Shown here: positions 52,801-64,000 of the stretch, piece by piece
Layout: each line of letters begins with the position of its first letter
How positions within the stretch are numbered: position 1 is the stretch's first letter
Origin: Balanoglossus misakiensis
Taxonomy: Eukaryota > Animalia > Hemichordata
Reading direction: 5' to 3'
Assembly (NCBI GenBank): GCA_040954595.2
Contig: CM082578.2
Location: forward strand, 13,608,304 to 13,672,303
DNA: 64,000 nt
Program-made: the position numbers and the translations under genes
The notes under the pieces: model-generated
The model's database searches: none
What the model was told of the DNA's origin: nothing
What the model saw: only the letters and a program-made list of their open reading frames with translations

Positions 52801-54922
52801 GTGCTGCAGTCTATTGTACCTGGTTTTACATGTATATGAGTATCTGTGTTGTGTGTTGATAACAGACTTGTCTGTGTACAGCTTGATGTGCGACTGTCTC
52901 AGCAGTCTGTCAGCTGCTAAAATGCTAATGGAGTGCTGCAATTAATTATGCTCAACCTAGGACTTCAGCGTGTTTTGAAGTCTATCCCGGTTTTTATAAG
53001 GAGACATACTTTAGCCTGGTGGTTTTGACATTTACAGTTCCAGTCAGGTGATTTATGTGGCGAAGTCTTTATGTAGTTTTGGCCTCCTCTGCCAGACAAG
53101 ATTTTGTCACAAGGAATAAACAAGTCTTCAGGGGTCAGGGTTAATTAGACTGGGCCTACTTGGTTGATGCCTTGTATAGATCGTGGGTAGTCCTTGTTAT
53201 TTGGAGAAACCAGTGTGACTGGTTCACTTACATGGAAAAATATCTTTGTGTTGGTGTTCTGTTGTTCCACTTTTCAGTTAAAGACATCACAAAAGATCTG
53301 TTTTGGTTCGACCAGACCAACGCAAAGCACATTTGTATGAATCTGTGTCATTTGGTTTGTCAGTGAGGATTATCATCGGTCATCCTCTCTTAAGAAGGTT
53401 TTTAAAAAAGGAAACAAGGCCATCGCTGGAATGATTTATCGGGAGGGATTAAACCATTCATGGCACTTGCCGGGCTGTGACAATATACCACATGACCCAG
53501 AAAAGAGCAACAAAAGCAATCTTTCAGAGACTGGCATATATATGTTTTACAATTGTGTGATAGGACAAGCATGTGCCCTCATTTTCTGTTTGCTTTATGA
53601 TAATATCAGGTGTATTGTGAAAAAACAAGTACAAATCAAACAATTTAATGTACGTGTAACATCTAGTGTATGTCTCTTATCCCATGTACATTTCATAGTG
53701 AAATATGAACTTATTTTAAAACATGACCAAAACATGTTATTGATCTGTTATCAAGTTTATGAAGTGGCATCATGTGAAAGGTGTACTTTTTGTGGTAGTC
53801 TTCAGTTTTGATGTGGTAAATGATAGACATGATTTATGTAAATGAAATCTTTAGCGTCAAGATTTGATAAAAAAATGCTGTGTATTTCATATCATCACAG
53901 AAACCCTTACCCTGCAAGCATTTGGTGCCCCACTATTTTACAGGCAACTTCATTTCAGTATTTATAACATCTATCAGTAGGGTCATGGCCCATCATTATT
54001 TATGTCTTTGTACATGTATGTATTTCTATTTGAGGATAACACAGCAATATTATCAGAAGACTGTTATCCGTATAAGCATTCTATAATTAGCAGAGAAGGG
54101 GCATCGGCAGGCAGTTTTGCCCTTCTTCCCATTATGTATACTTTCTTTCCCACCTTTTCTTAGCCAGTCAGGCTCCATTTATTTGGGTATTTTGTGCGGA
54201 CCACAAACCATATCAGTTGAGCAGATGACCAACTGACATCACAGACTCGTTTTTGGATGGCATGGACCCCCTACTTCTTGATATGGCCTCATAATGTAAA
54301 CATACATTTCTATAAATGGGCTCGGCACTTCTAAGATAAAAAACTTAAATCTATTTCCTGCACTGTCAGCCCATGTTCATACTCTCGTAATTATAGAAAT
54401 GGCCCAGCTGGTTTACTTAAAATTTCTGATGGATCGCCTCAGAGGCCAGGTCCCCCCCCTCCCCCAAGAGCTTATTTTTATCCTGCAGTATACAGCTGTA
54501 AGCAAAATACACAAAAGTAATTACATTTTCTCATTACTTGTGTTGCATTAATTTTGATGAGTGATTCGTAACATAGCTGGTATGTGCAGTCAAGACGAGT
54601 TTGCAGAGGATATATTCAAAGAAATTGAGCACTTCCATTTCAGTAAAAAATAATTGCATTATTGTAAATACATTGTACATGTTTGCTCTGGATGATACCT
54701 GGATGTGAGATACATTCTTTATATGTATGATAGAGAAAAATCTCAGATCTGGGCCTTTGAGTGCAGTCTGATCATGAATTTAGTTTCCAACTGGATTAGC
54801 CATTTCACATTTTATTATCATACATTATTAGCATACACTACATAAACAATAGCTCAGGATAGAGAAACAATAGTCCTGTGTGCATATAACTGTGCGTTTA
54901 ACTGTTTTGTGCATTTAGTTTT

Positions 54923-56219
54923 TTAGGGAATCATTGGGGGCACAAGCGCCCTCAGGCGGCTTGTGCCCCCATTGGTATTGTTGGAATTTTTCTTTATTAT
55001 TATTCTTCTTCTTCTTCTTCTTCTTCTTCCGAGAAATTCGGCCAGGTAGATCTGGAAAACCGCAGCACCTAGGGGGCTGAAACTTGGTAGGGTGATAGGG
55101 GCCAATGAGTAGACGTGCAGTGGCCCGTGAATATTTAATTAGTCATGTGACCTGGCGGCCATATTGGATTTCCTGAAAACCGTTAAATGAGTCCTTCTCA
55201 AAAACTACAGGGCCGATCGAGTTCAAATTTGGTGTGCAGGTAGCCTACCTTCTGTCCATCATTTTACCCCATTGAAATCATGACGTCATACATAAAGTTT
55301 TTTTGCTACAATTGTTTTTCTGAAAAACTACTTAAAACTTTAAAAATCTTCTTCTCCAGAACCAGCGGTTACCGAGTCTCGGGATTTGGGATATGTGGTC
55401 ACCTAACCTATGTCTATCAAGTTTGCGAAGCGCACTGTGATTGGTCGATCATTATGGCGGCCATGTTGGATTTTCGGAAAACCATTGAAAAATGAAAATA
55501 CTGTTTTGTAGCCAAAATGTTGACAGCACGGAAATTCTTTTTTTGGATATGAGTCATCATATGACCGGAAGTTGTCACAATTTTTCGGGGCAATTTTCAC
55601 GAGACCTTTGACCCAGTTTTAAAACAACTAATTATATATGCATATTCCCCATACCTCCTCTTGTAAAAGCACCACAGTCATGAATTTTGTGGACATGGGT
55701 ACCAATGCTGCCAGGACATGACACAAATATTTTGGTAATTTTGGCAATGACCTTTGACCTATTTCTGAAACATCATTTTTCTGCATATCTAATTCCATGC
55801 TACCCAATAGGGCTAGAGGTCTGGTATTGGTTGGACATGGCCCAGTCTGGGGTCAAAATTTTATGCCCTAATTTTGGGTGACCTTGGGTGACCATTGATC
55901 TACTTTCCCATATCTCAGCATCCAGAGCAGTTAGAGCCCTGGCTTTTATGGGTATTGAGCACATAATGGAGTCTTACACAAGACCTCATTAATTATGTGC
56001 ATACCTAATTGCAGGCGAACCAATAGGGCTAGGGGTCTGGTTTTTTGTTGGATCTAGACTAGTATGGGGTCCAATTTTTTTGCCCAAATTTGGGGTGACC
56101 TCAGGTGACCTTTGACCTACTTTCCCATATCTTGGTATCCCCAGCAGATACAGCCGTGGCATTTGCTGGTCACCATGGGAACTGCTTGTGCCCCCCCAAC
56201 GCTGCTTGCAGCTTTAATT
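54923..56219 (+). mobile_element. Non-autonomous Helentron-associated (HINE/DINE-1-like) element, about 1.3 kb
   Basis: 5' subterminal repeat GGGGGCACAAGC (54936-54947) with an adjacent inverted copy (54959-54970); (TTA)/(TTC)n microsatellite; internal duplication of about 120 bp (55804-55923 and 56020-56141); 3' inverted repeat GCTTGTGCCCCC (56184-56195); terminal hairpin GCTGC-TT-GCAGC (56201-56212); T-rich flanks. Confidence 0.75.
54994..55029. repeat. (TTA)3(TTC)n microsatellite inside the HINE-like element
   Basis: ttattattattcttcttcttcttc... Confidence 0.9.
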
Positions 56220-59200
56220 TTGACCTGTTTTTAGGTCTGTGCCAAGAGAAGGGAGCCAGTCTACTTCAGGCAGTGTACGGGACATCCAGTGATGTGTGCA
56301 GATAATGATGATGTACTTCAGAAAGCGTGTCTAATGCTGTTGGACTGAGCTAACAGATGTGTTAACATCAAATTTAGTCATGCAAGAATTTGGATGGAGC
56401 TCATTTTCTACAGACATCAATATTCTACATGAGAAAACAGACCTCTTGTACGTGATGTATTAGCAGTCATCTTGAAAGGATTAATTTGAGTTTTGAGTCA
56501 GGATTAAGAGAAACCTTTGTTTTCATGTGGTGCGTCAGCAAGTAAGTAATTTATAAAGTGATGAAACACCTGTCAGTGTTTAACAATGATGAATTTCCTG
56601 CCGGAATTTAAGTTCATTTGCAGTTTTAACCCTATTCATCATCATTATCCTTGTTAATAAGGTTGCAAGACGTACCATAATTTGGCCTTTTCAAAGTATA
56701 ATATGAGTTAATGTGAACAACGTGGACATTTGGAAATGTTAATTTATGCATCCAATATTCCTTTGCCATCAGGTTTCACACCACAACTTCAAGTTGACAT
56801 GTTGGCCACAGTCCCGTCTCAATAGTAAGCTTTCCAGGGTTTACCCAGCCAGGATTGGTCTTCCTGTAAATCCATCAACATTTAAAGGTTTCCAAGAAAC
56901 CATACCTGGAAAAGCCTCTCTTGGAGTCCCAGACTGACAGATTCATAGTGATTGCCTGAGTCATTCCATTTATACCGGGACTACTTCATTGTAGGACAAT
57001 TACCATTAGGGCATTTGGTGTTTTGAATCCCAATTACTGGGTCTAATTTGATTGGATGGTGGCCTTTGCTCAGTGCTGGGAGACCTCACCATGCAGTTCC
57101 GTTCACACAAATTGCAAAAGGAATTGGCAAAGGTCAGTTTTTTTCACTGTTAGTAATTTCGCAATTGATACAAGGGAATCACAAATCTTGACTGTCATCA
57201 CCTACATGGACCTTGTTAAGTCATTATATTGTTACCATCCATGGTGGATTACTGATTGTGTAAATGTTTTTCCAGTATTTTGCCAAGAAAATTTCACATT
57301 TGAAGTGGAATTGTTAATGTATGGTGGTTGAAATCATCACAGTTGGTGATGGCATTGAATGTCTTGGTATTGCTTCATCCTGTGAGCATTGGCTTCAGGG
57401 TTGGTTGCAAGTTTCAATGTCACACAGACTCAGTTGGGGACAAACAGCAAATGACGAAAGAGAACAAGATGAATCTCTTAATATAAAGTGGTTTGTAATT
57501 TGGATCTAGCGCTTGATGTATGAAAATATACTGACAGTATGCATATATACATGTAATGTAGAAGTTTATTCATAGAAAAATTGTGAATAGTTGCTGGTAG
57601 GATGTTGAGCAGGAGTCAACAGGAAGTTGTTGATTGTGATTTTAGCTTCTGTGTGCATTGAATCATTCAGTTTGTCCAGTGATACTTCTAGATGAGTGTC
57701 TTGATTATTACAGGCTGATAATACTCCCACGCAAGGTTACACAGTAGACTGCAGTGCATCATGGGAAGGATACCACTCTTTGCCTTTGCTATCATGATCT
57801 TTTTCAACCTGCAAGCACAGACTATCGCTATAGCCGCATTTATTGGTTTTAAAGCATCTGTCTGAGTATCTGCTTGTGCATGTCTGGCCCTCATCCATAG
57901 CATTACCAGCCACACTCTGTAGGCCTATTCTTCCTACAAATGTTGGCGTAAATAATTGGTCTGCTAACCTTGGAATTCGATTGAGGCTTTGATGATGTAA
58001 CATGTGTTAGGACTGAAACTAAGCCTGCTGATTTTGTTTGTCGGGGTTTTGTAAGACCAGAAAAACTCTGTAGTGGACAATGAATAAAGCTAACAAGTTA
58101 AAATTACTGTTTTGTAGATTTTGTTCATAATTTATTGTTCATTGAAATTGACGTTGGTGCCGTTGTGAGTCCAAATACTTGTAAATGAGGTTTAGGTTGA
58201 GAAAGTGACAGCTAGAGGTGTCAAAGTTGAACTTGAATAGGGATTTTGTGAGGTGCAAATATTGAACACAGGCCTGTGTAAAGTGGACTTTAAGGGGCAC
58301 TCACTGGGAAAGTTGTCTCACATTCCCAAGGATGTTTCATGTTTGTGTGTTTGGCAGAGAAAATGAAAATGTGAAACTGATCCAGTTTCATGAAAAACAT
58401 TGCTGAAAGAGTTGGCTTTGGTTCAGTTGAAACCCAGCTGAAACGAGAGTTTGGAATTAGGCAAGTAAAATAAGGTGTTTTGAAAGGTAGCTATGAATAA
58501 ACAGGAGCCTGCATAGCTTGTTCTTAAGTTACAACTTGTGCAAACATACACACAGGAAGAAAAGCTCTGTTGTACCTCTTCAAAACATGCACCCATTTTG
58601 CAAATCTACATGTTAGGCTGGCATAAGACTGTCTTGGCAACTTCTTGGCAGCTTTGAAGGTCTCACAAACATCTTTGTGATCAGAAGTGAATTTATCTCG
58701 GTGCAAATATGCGTTTTGCAGCTGTAATTGTCGCTGTGCCTGAGGCTAAATTGGACATTGGTATGTACTGTGCTGTATTGTAGAACAGCAAATGAATATT
58801 TGTGGTTTAGATGACAGTCTAAATTGGTAACAGTTGTGTGGCTTCTTGAGGGTTTCTTGCAATTTCTGCACAGCATGTAGTGTGGTGTCATGTTCTATTC
58901 TTGAGGTCAAAGGGCATTTACAAAGCACCTCTTGTAGATGTGAATTTTTGAACATCAACTTTTGGGTTTTTGAGAAGATTTTGAAAAAGACAAAATGGTG
59001 TCCTAAAAATTAGTCTATCCTCTGACCAAACTGACTTGAACAGTACATGTATCTTTGTTGCAAAAAGACTGTACTCTGGGAAATCTTATGGACTGGCATT
59101 CTACATTGATTTTAAAAGGATAAGGGATGTAGATGTACTAATTCAAACAGTTTCACTCTTATGCAGATTAATCAGAATGTCTTGGAATTCTTGTGAATTG

Positions 59201-61092
59201 TCAACATTCTTGACTTCTCGCAATAAATGTTGGCAGTGGAGAATTGTGTACATGTACAGACAGGTGTGCGTTTTCTCAATGGAAAAGATGGTAACTAGAG
59301 AGTCTGTACTCCATGATCTGTGTTTAGTACAACTGAAAGTAGTCACACATCAGTCATCAATGTTCAGATATGTACCAAGGTTTCAGCAGGGCAGCACAGA
59401 AGCAAAACTTAAATTGTAGGTCTCTGCATTTTATAGGTGGTCTTCATCAATGGAATGTACAGCTGTGTACCAGCAGTGTGGTTTGATCTTCTGAAGCAGC
59501 AATTTTATGTCTGTTTACTCTAAAATATGGAAGTACAACAAATCTGCTTTCCGCTTTTATAGTTTTATTATGCGTGGACCTTGAAGTACTTGATTGTGGG
59601 TGATAAAGATTTGAATAGGTTTACAGCAAGTTGTGGTGAAAAGGATACACTGGACATACTCATGTATCCATGTGGGTGTTTGTAGTTTTCAGTGATTTAC
59701 TCTTCTGCCTGGCTCCAAATTAACTACTGTACACCTGTGCTACTTGACCCATTCTTATCAGTAACAATTGACACTGTTCCACCTGTAGAAACAAATGAAT
59801 CATAAAGTCACTACCCACCTCTGAAGTAGAAAGATGAAATCTACACACAGTTACCCACTTCACCTCATATGCCATCCATAGCCACATCTAAAATATGCCC
59901 TCCGATGTTGCCCGGTTGGCATCAGCTGATATGCAATCTGTCCAACCCACATTCAGGTGTGTCAAGGACACACTTAGATTTTGATGACAAACAAGTTTGC
60001 ACATCCTTTTATCAGTTTTCCAGAGTTTCAAATGAGATATTCACAAAATGTACAGCTGAAATTTCCAATTACGATGTTGACTTTGTCGGCATGTAGAGAA
60101 ACAAGTTTGCATTGTAGGGCACAGGTACACACATGTGATACAGCTGTATCTTGGATGTTAGTTGTGTCTACGAAGTTGTCTTCTGTTCTGGCCGACTTCT
60201 TGTATCATGTGTTTTGAGGAATGGTGTACTCAAGTCAACATTGAACAGTTCATATTACAGAAAGTATATAATGTGTTTTATCCATAGGATGTAAGTTGGG
60301 CTGTGACAATGGCATCTGAGCACATACATAGTGAACAGATCAACATAAATAATCTGTCAAAATAAACTAAAATGACCACAATAACTTCAAAAGTGAGCGA
60401 ATAACTTTCATGGAAATACTTTGTATTCATTGTGATTTCAAATACCAATGACATTTGCATGTACATAATATTGGCACCTACACAACTATGTGCATTGTAA
60501 TGAAGTATGATAAGATAGCGAAGACTATCAGTTTGATGATACAGTACTATCGCTGGACCTGATATGTGTACCTTTGCTGGGCTGATAACTGTAAATGCTA
60601 ATCATATGAATACAAAGTAGGATCAAAGAAAGCAGGACTGATTTTTGGAATTGCTGCTGAGCTGTTTACCAGCCTCTCATAAAGAAACCAATTTGGGCAA
60701 TCTCTGTTCTACAGCTGCCAACACTAGCGCTAGCGCAGGTCAGACGTCAGCATAAAAGTTTTTTTTTTGCACACTGACTGTAGTACTTTAAAAACCAGTT
60801 GATTGCACCTTCCTGTTGGAACTGCTGTGAAAAAATTGAGACTGACATGGACTAACCCATTCTATCTTTCATTTCAGGGTAGTATACCAAGAGAAGAGAC
60901 GACTATTATGTGTGGTGTAGGAATGTATAATGGCAGATAGCCCCTGGGAATTTTATGAAAGAATATCCTTGGAAAACGCTCGCTCTGCAGAACTTTAAGA
61001 AAGCGAGACTTCAAGCCGGAATAATTGTCTTCTTTCACAGCATGTATCTGTAGCAGTCTGTCTAGTTTTATAAATATACAAGTCGAAGCAAA

Positions 61093-61374
61093 ATGCAGCT
61101 AAAAAGTCAGCGATTATCAGTGCCAAGGGCCTGTAGAGGACCCCTATTTCTTATCACAGTTCTGTCACTGCTAACTCCTTGTGTGAATGCTGAAAGTAAC
61201 GCATGGTCGAATCTTGGTGCTAATGTGGTTCGCGAAGGGACGCCAAGCAAGAGTGTCAGCGACAAGCCAATTTCTGTTCTTTGGGGAGTGCCGGATGCAG
61301 TTGCTTATGTGGGGAAAGTTTTCAAATACACCATTCCAAAGGATGCCTTCACTGGAGACATTGTCAAATATGAG
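61093..61374 (+). CDS. DAG1: Dystroglycan, first coding exon (signal peptide and start of the alpha-DG N-terminal Ig-like domain); 3'-partial
   Basis: aaaATGc start; hydrophobic signal peptide ending near VNA-ES; VLWGVPDAVAYVGKVFKYTIPKDAFTGDIVKYE resembles recalled DAG1 [24 protein letters not shown]; phase-0 GAG|gtgagg donor after codon 94, the position recalled for the vertebrate coding intron. Exon acceptor at 60877 or 61040. Confidence 0.85.
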
Positions 61375-64000
61375 GTGAGGATAACATCCAATACACTAGG
61401 TGGAAAGATTGTTTTATTACTGTTGAGATATGGTAGAATTGTAAACAACAGAATTAGAATCTCATAATCTCAATAATTGATTGCATTTATACATTTATGC
61501 TGCAGGTGACTAATTTGCCAAAAGCATAGCAGCTGTGCCGTTATGGGTAATTTCATGATAGTAGAGATCAAAAGGCAACATAATATTAATATGAGAGTGC
61601 TTAGCTGCCTGTTTTGTGGCTCTGCCGAACATGTACACCCTGAATTTCCACAGTATATCAGTATTGCTGTTATTAGTTTTTAGTATGTGGGGAAAACTTA
61701 GCTGTAGGCACTGTCTGTCTTATTCATTTGCAATGAAATTTGTCAAAATGAAGTTATGTTCGTTGTTCGCAATCCCAATAGATTTAATTGCATTATCTCA
61801 TCAAGAGTATTGAAGATATTGTCTCATCCATGATTAGAAAATTGCCACAGGCAAGGCATTCTGTACAAACTAATCATCATGACCAATTTCAATTTTCTGT
61901 GGAGCCAGTCTGTTTGAGATGTGATTTCAAAAATCATTATTAATGATTTTATCCGGTGTCTGGGAAGCTTCAATCAACACTTAAAAAAATAGACTGCATT
62001 TCTGCAGAACTTTGTGGCAGAGCGTTCATTGGAAAATGGGGATTGGAAGACATGTATACAAATGAAATAATTGCATTTCCGATATCGTTTGAAGGGTTTT
62101 GCTTTGGTCACATCCTGTAATGGCTGCCTGGCGGACCTATTTCCTGAGTGTCGGTATATAACAGTCCCTGTCTTCTTGTGATCTACAGTGTGATTTCTCA
62201 CTGAGCTGTGTAAAATTATTCTAAAGAAAATACGATTAGGCAGCATTTCCTTGACATGTAGCTTATGTATGACCAGCAGTTTAGTAGTGAGCTATGGATT
62301 GGAGTTGTCCCATGACAGAGGCTCCTGAAAGACAGTAATTGAAATTTTGTGCTTGGAGTGTGAAATCCATTTCAAGCATGGCAGCTATCCAAGTCATTGT
62401 GGCAGGATGAAAAGCCGATCAGAATGTAGAAGTAGTACCGGTACTAGTTATTCTGAAAAGATACAAAATGAAGCCCCATTACCAAAACATTACATCAATT
62501 CCGCTGTCAGACTATTAAAGTTGTCTTAAATGTGTGTTCATAGATAGAAGATTTTGTACTAAATATTCCTGATTTATTTACTTTCATATCCGTTCTTTTT
62601 TATAAAAGATGTAAATATATTATGTGGAAGTTGTATGATTCTGAATATGATCATTTTTGAATGATACATTTTATGGACTCTATGTATTAAGTTTTCTGTG
62701 TGGTTGTTATGTTACTTCCATGATTTGATCCAAGTGATCAGAATTGTCCTTACTCCCTAAACACACCCGTATTTGTACATGTACACAGACAGACACACTA
62801 CACACATTTGTTCTGTGGGTCTAGTCCTCATAGCAGAACCGGAAATAATTATAAGATAGAAGGATCTTAAACTATCCTGTCATGGGTCAGATGTCTGGGA
62901 TATTGGAGGCAGTCTCTTAGTCTTATGTTACCATTTTATTTCATTTCATGTCAGATGTCTAATAAATTTTTTACAACAAGAAGTGATGTGTTACTTCTCC
63001 GCCTTCCGTCCTGTGACAGACAGTTTGAAGTCAGAGTCAGCTGTTGACAGGGTCTTTCTAGGGACAGATTTTGTTCAGACACATCTCTTAAAATAAAGTA
63101 CTGGTAGACTTTGGGGATTGATAGAAGCTGATATCATGAACAGGTGGACGTGATACATGAGGAATAGAACGTAGCAAAGATGGATAATAATCAGTCTAAA
63201 ATATGTTGTATTTAGTGTACAATTTCACAAATTTAGCTTTACCCATAATACAATTCAACATCCTGTGATTTGACCCCCTAGCTTTATCTGTAAAGTCAAG
63301 TCTTGAGAATTCTAAATTTAGGATGGTATACTAAAACTAATAGATTGTCTGATGCCCAAGTACTCTTCCTGTGGCTGAGACTACTGCGGCCATTCTATAT
63401 ATCACGCGGAAGGAAATCTATACTTGTGGGAGGCATATATTGACAGCTGTGATGGTCTGGAGAGAAATCTGCAGAGATAATTAACAGCTGTGTTTCCTTA
63501 GGATGTGAAGGAATGTTCTTTTGTAGTGATACTAGTATCAATCTGAATAGGCATTTGGTGCACAGCGTATTAATATTTCACTTTGAACAGGAAATTTGTG
63601 AAATCCTAGTCCTATACTTCAGAAGTCCAGGAAACTTTCGGCACTTCTTGTTTATTTAGGCAGGAATCGTTCAAATATACAAAAAAGTCAAAAGGACACC
63701 CTGGAAGTCCAAGTTGTGATGAAGAACAAACAAATACATTGGAAGATTGAGCTGAAGCATTTGCTTTATATTAGGTCAGATATTTGGTTGAGTAGATCAC
63801 AGTAATCTCTCAGTAGACTGATTTTTACAGATCAAGCAGAATGCACATTAAAGTAGGAATTTGAAATATGTTGAATGGGGTACATGCTTTGTCATGATAT
63901 GGTAACATGAAATATGTTCAACATGATGCATGTAACATGAACAGCTGTTCCAAACCTCAGTAGAATAGGTGCAGTAATATTGGCCACAATTTAACCTTTC

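Noticed and set aside
54923-55105. ORF with a poly-Arg run on the - strand
   Set aside because: Artefact of the (TTC)n microsatellite in the HINE-like element.
63991-64000. TTAACCTTTC at the window edge, similar to the MITE left end
   Set aside because: Truncated and one base different from the repeat terminus; cannot be assessed.
1-64000. Prokaryotic-type systems (CRISPR arrays, operons, defence loci) and autonomous transposon ORFs
   Set aside because: The DNA is spliced eukaryotic sequence; I saw no repeat-spacer array and no transposase, reverse transcriptase or Rep-helicase ORF.

Overview
AT-rich, intron-rich animal genomic DNA, most likely an invertebrate deuterostome (hemichordate/echinoderm-like; inference only). 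It holds three genes, rebuilt by hand from GT-AG splice sites and frame continuity. (1) The last 17 coding exons of an inositol 1,4,5-trisphosphate receptor (ITPR, + strand, 1064-10561; the gene starts upstream of the window). (2) A complete sarcospan orthologue (SSPN, - strand, coding exons 37154-36750, 23702-23616, 20079-19705, about 288 aa; probable non-coding first exon ending at 40065), convergent with ITPR. (3) The first coding exon of dystroglycan (DAG1, + strand, 61093-61374; probable non-coding exon 1 ending at 45600; the gene continues past the window). The main observation is that two dystrophin-glycoprotein complex genes, sarcospan and dystroglycan, lie head-to-head around one CpG-rich region of about 5-6 kb, next to the ITPR-SSPN pair that is also adjacent in vertebrates. 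Non-coding content: three copies of an 85-bp TTAA-type piggyBac-like MITE, a 1.3-kb Helentron/HINE-like element, a decayed 5S rRNA copy, microsatellites and uORF-rich leaders. Most entries in the ORF track are spurious. All homology calls come from recalled sequences, not database searches.
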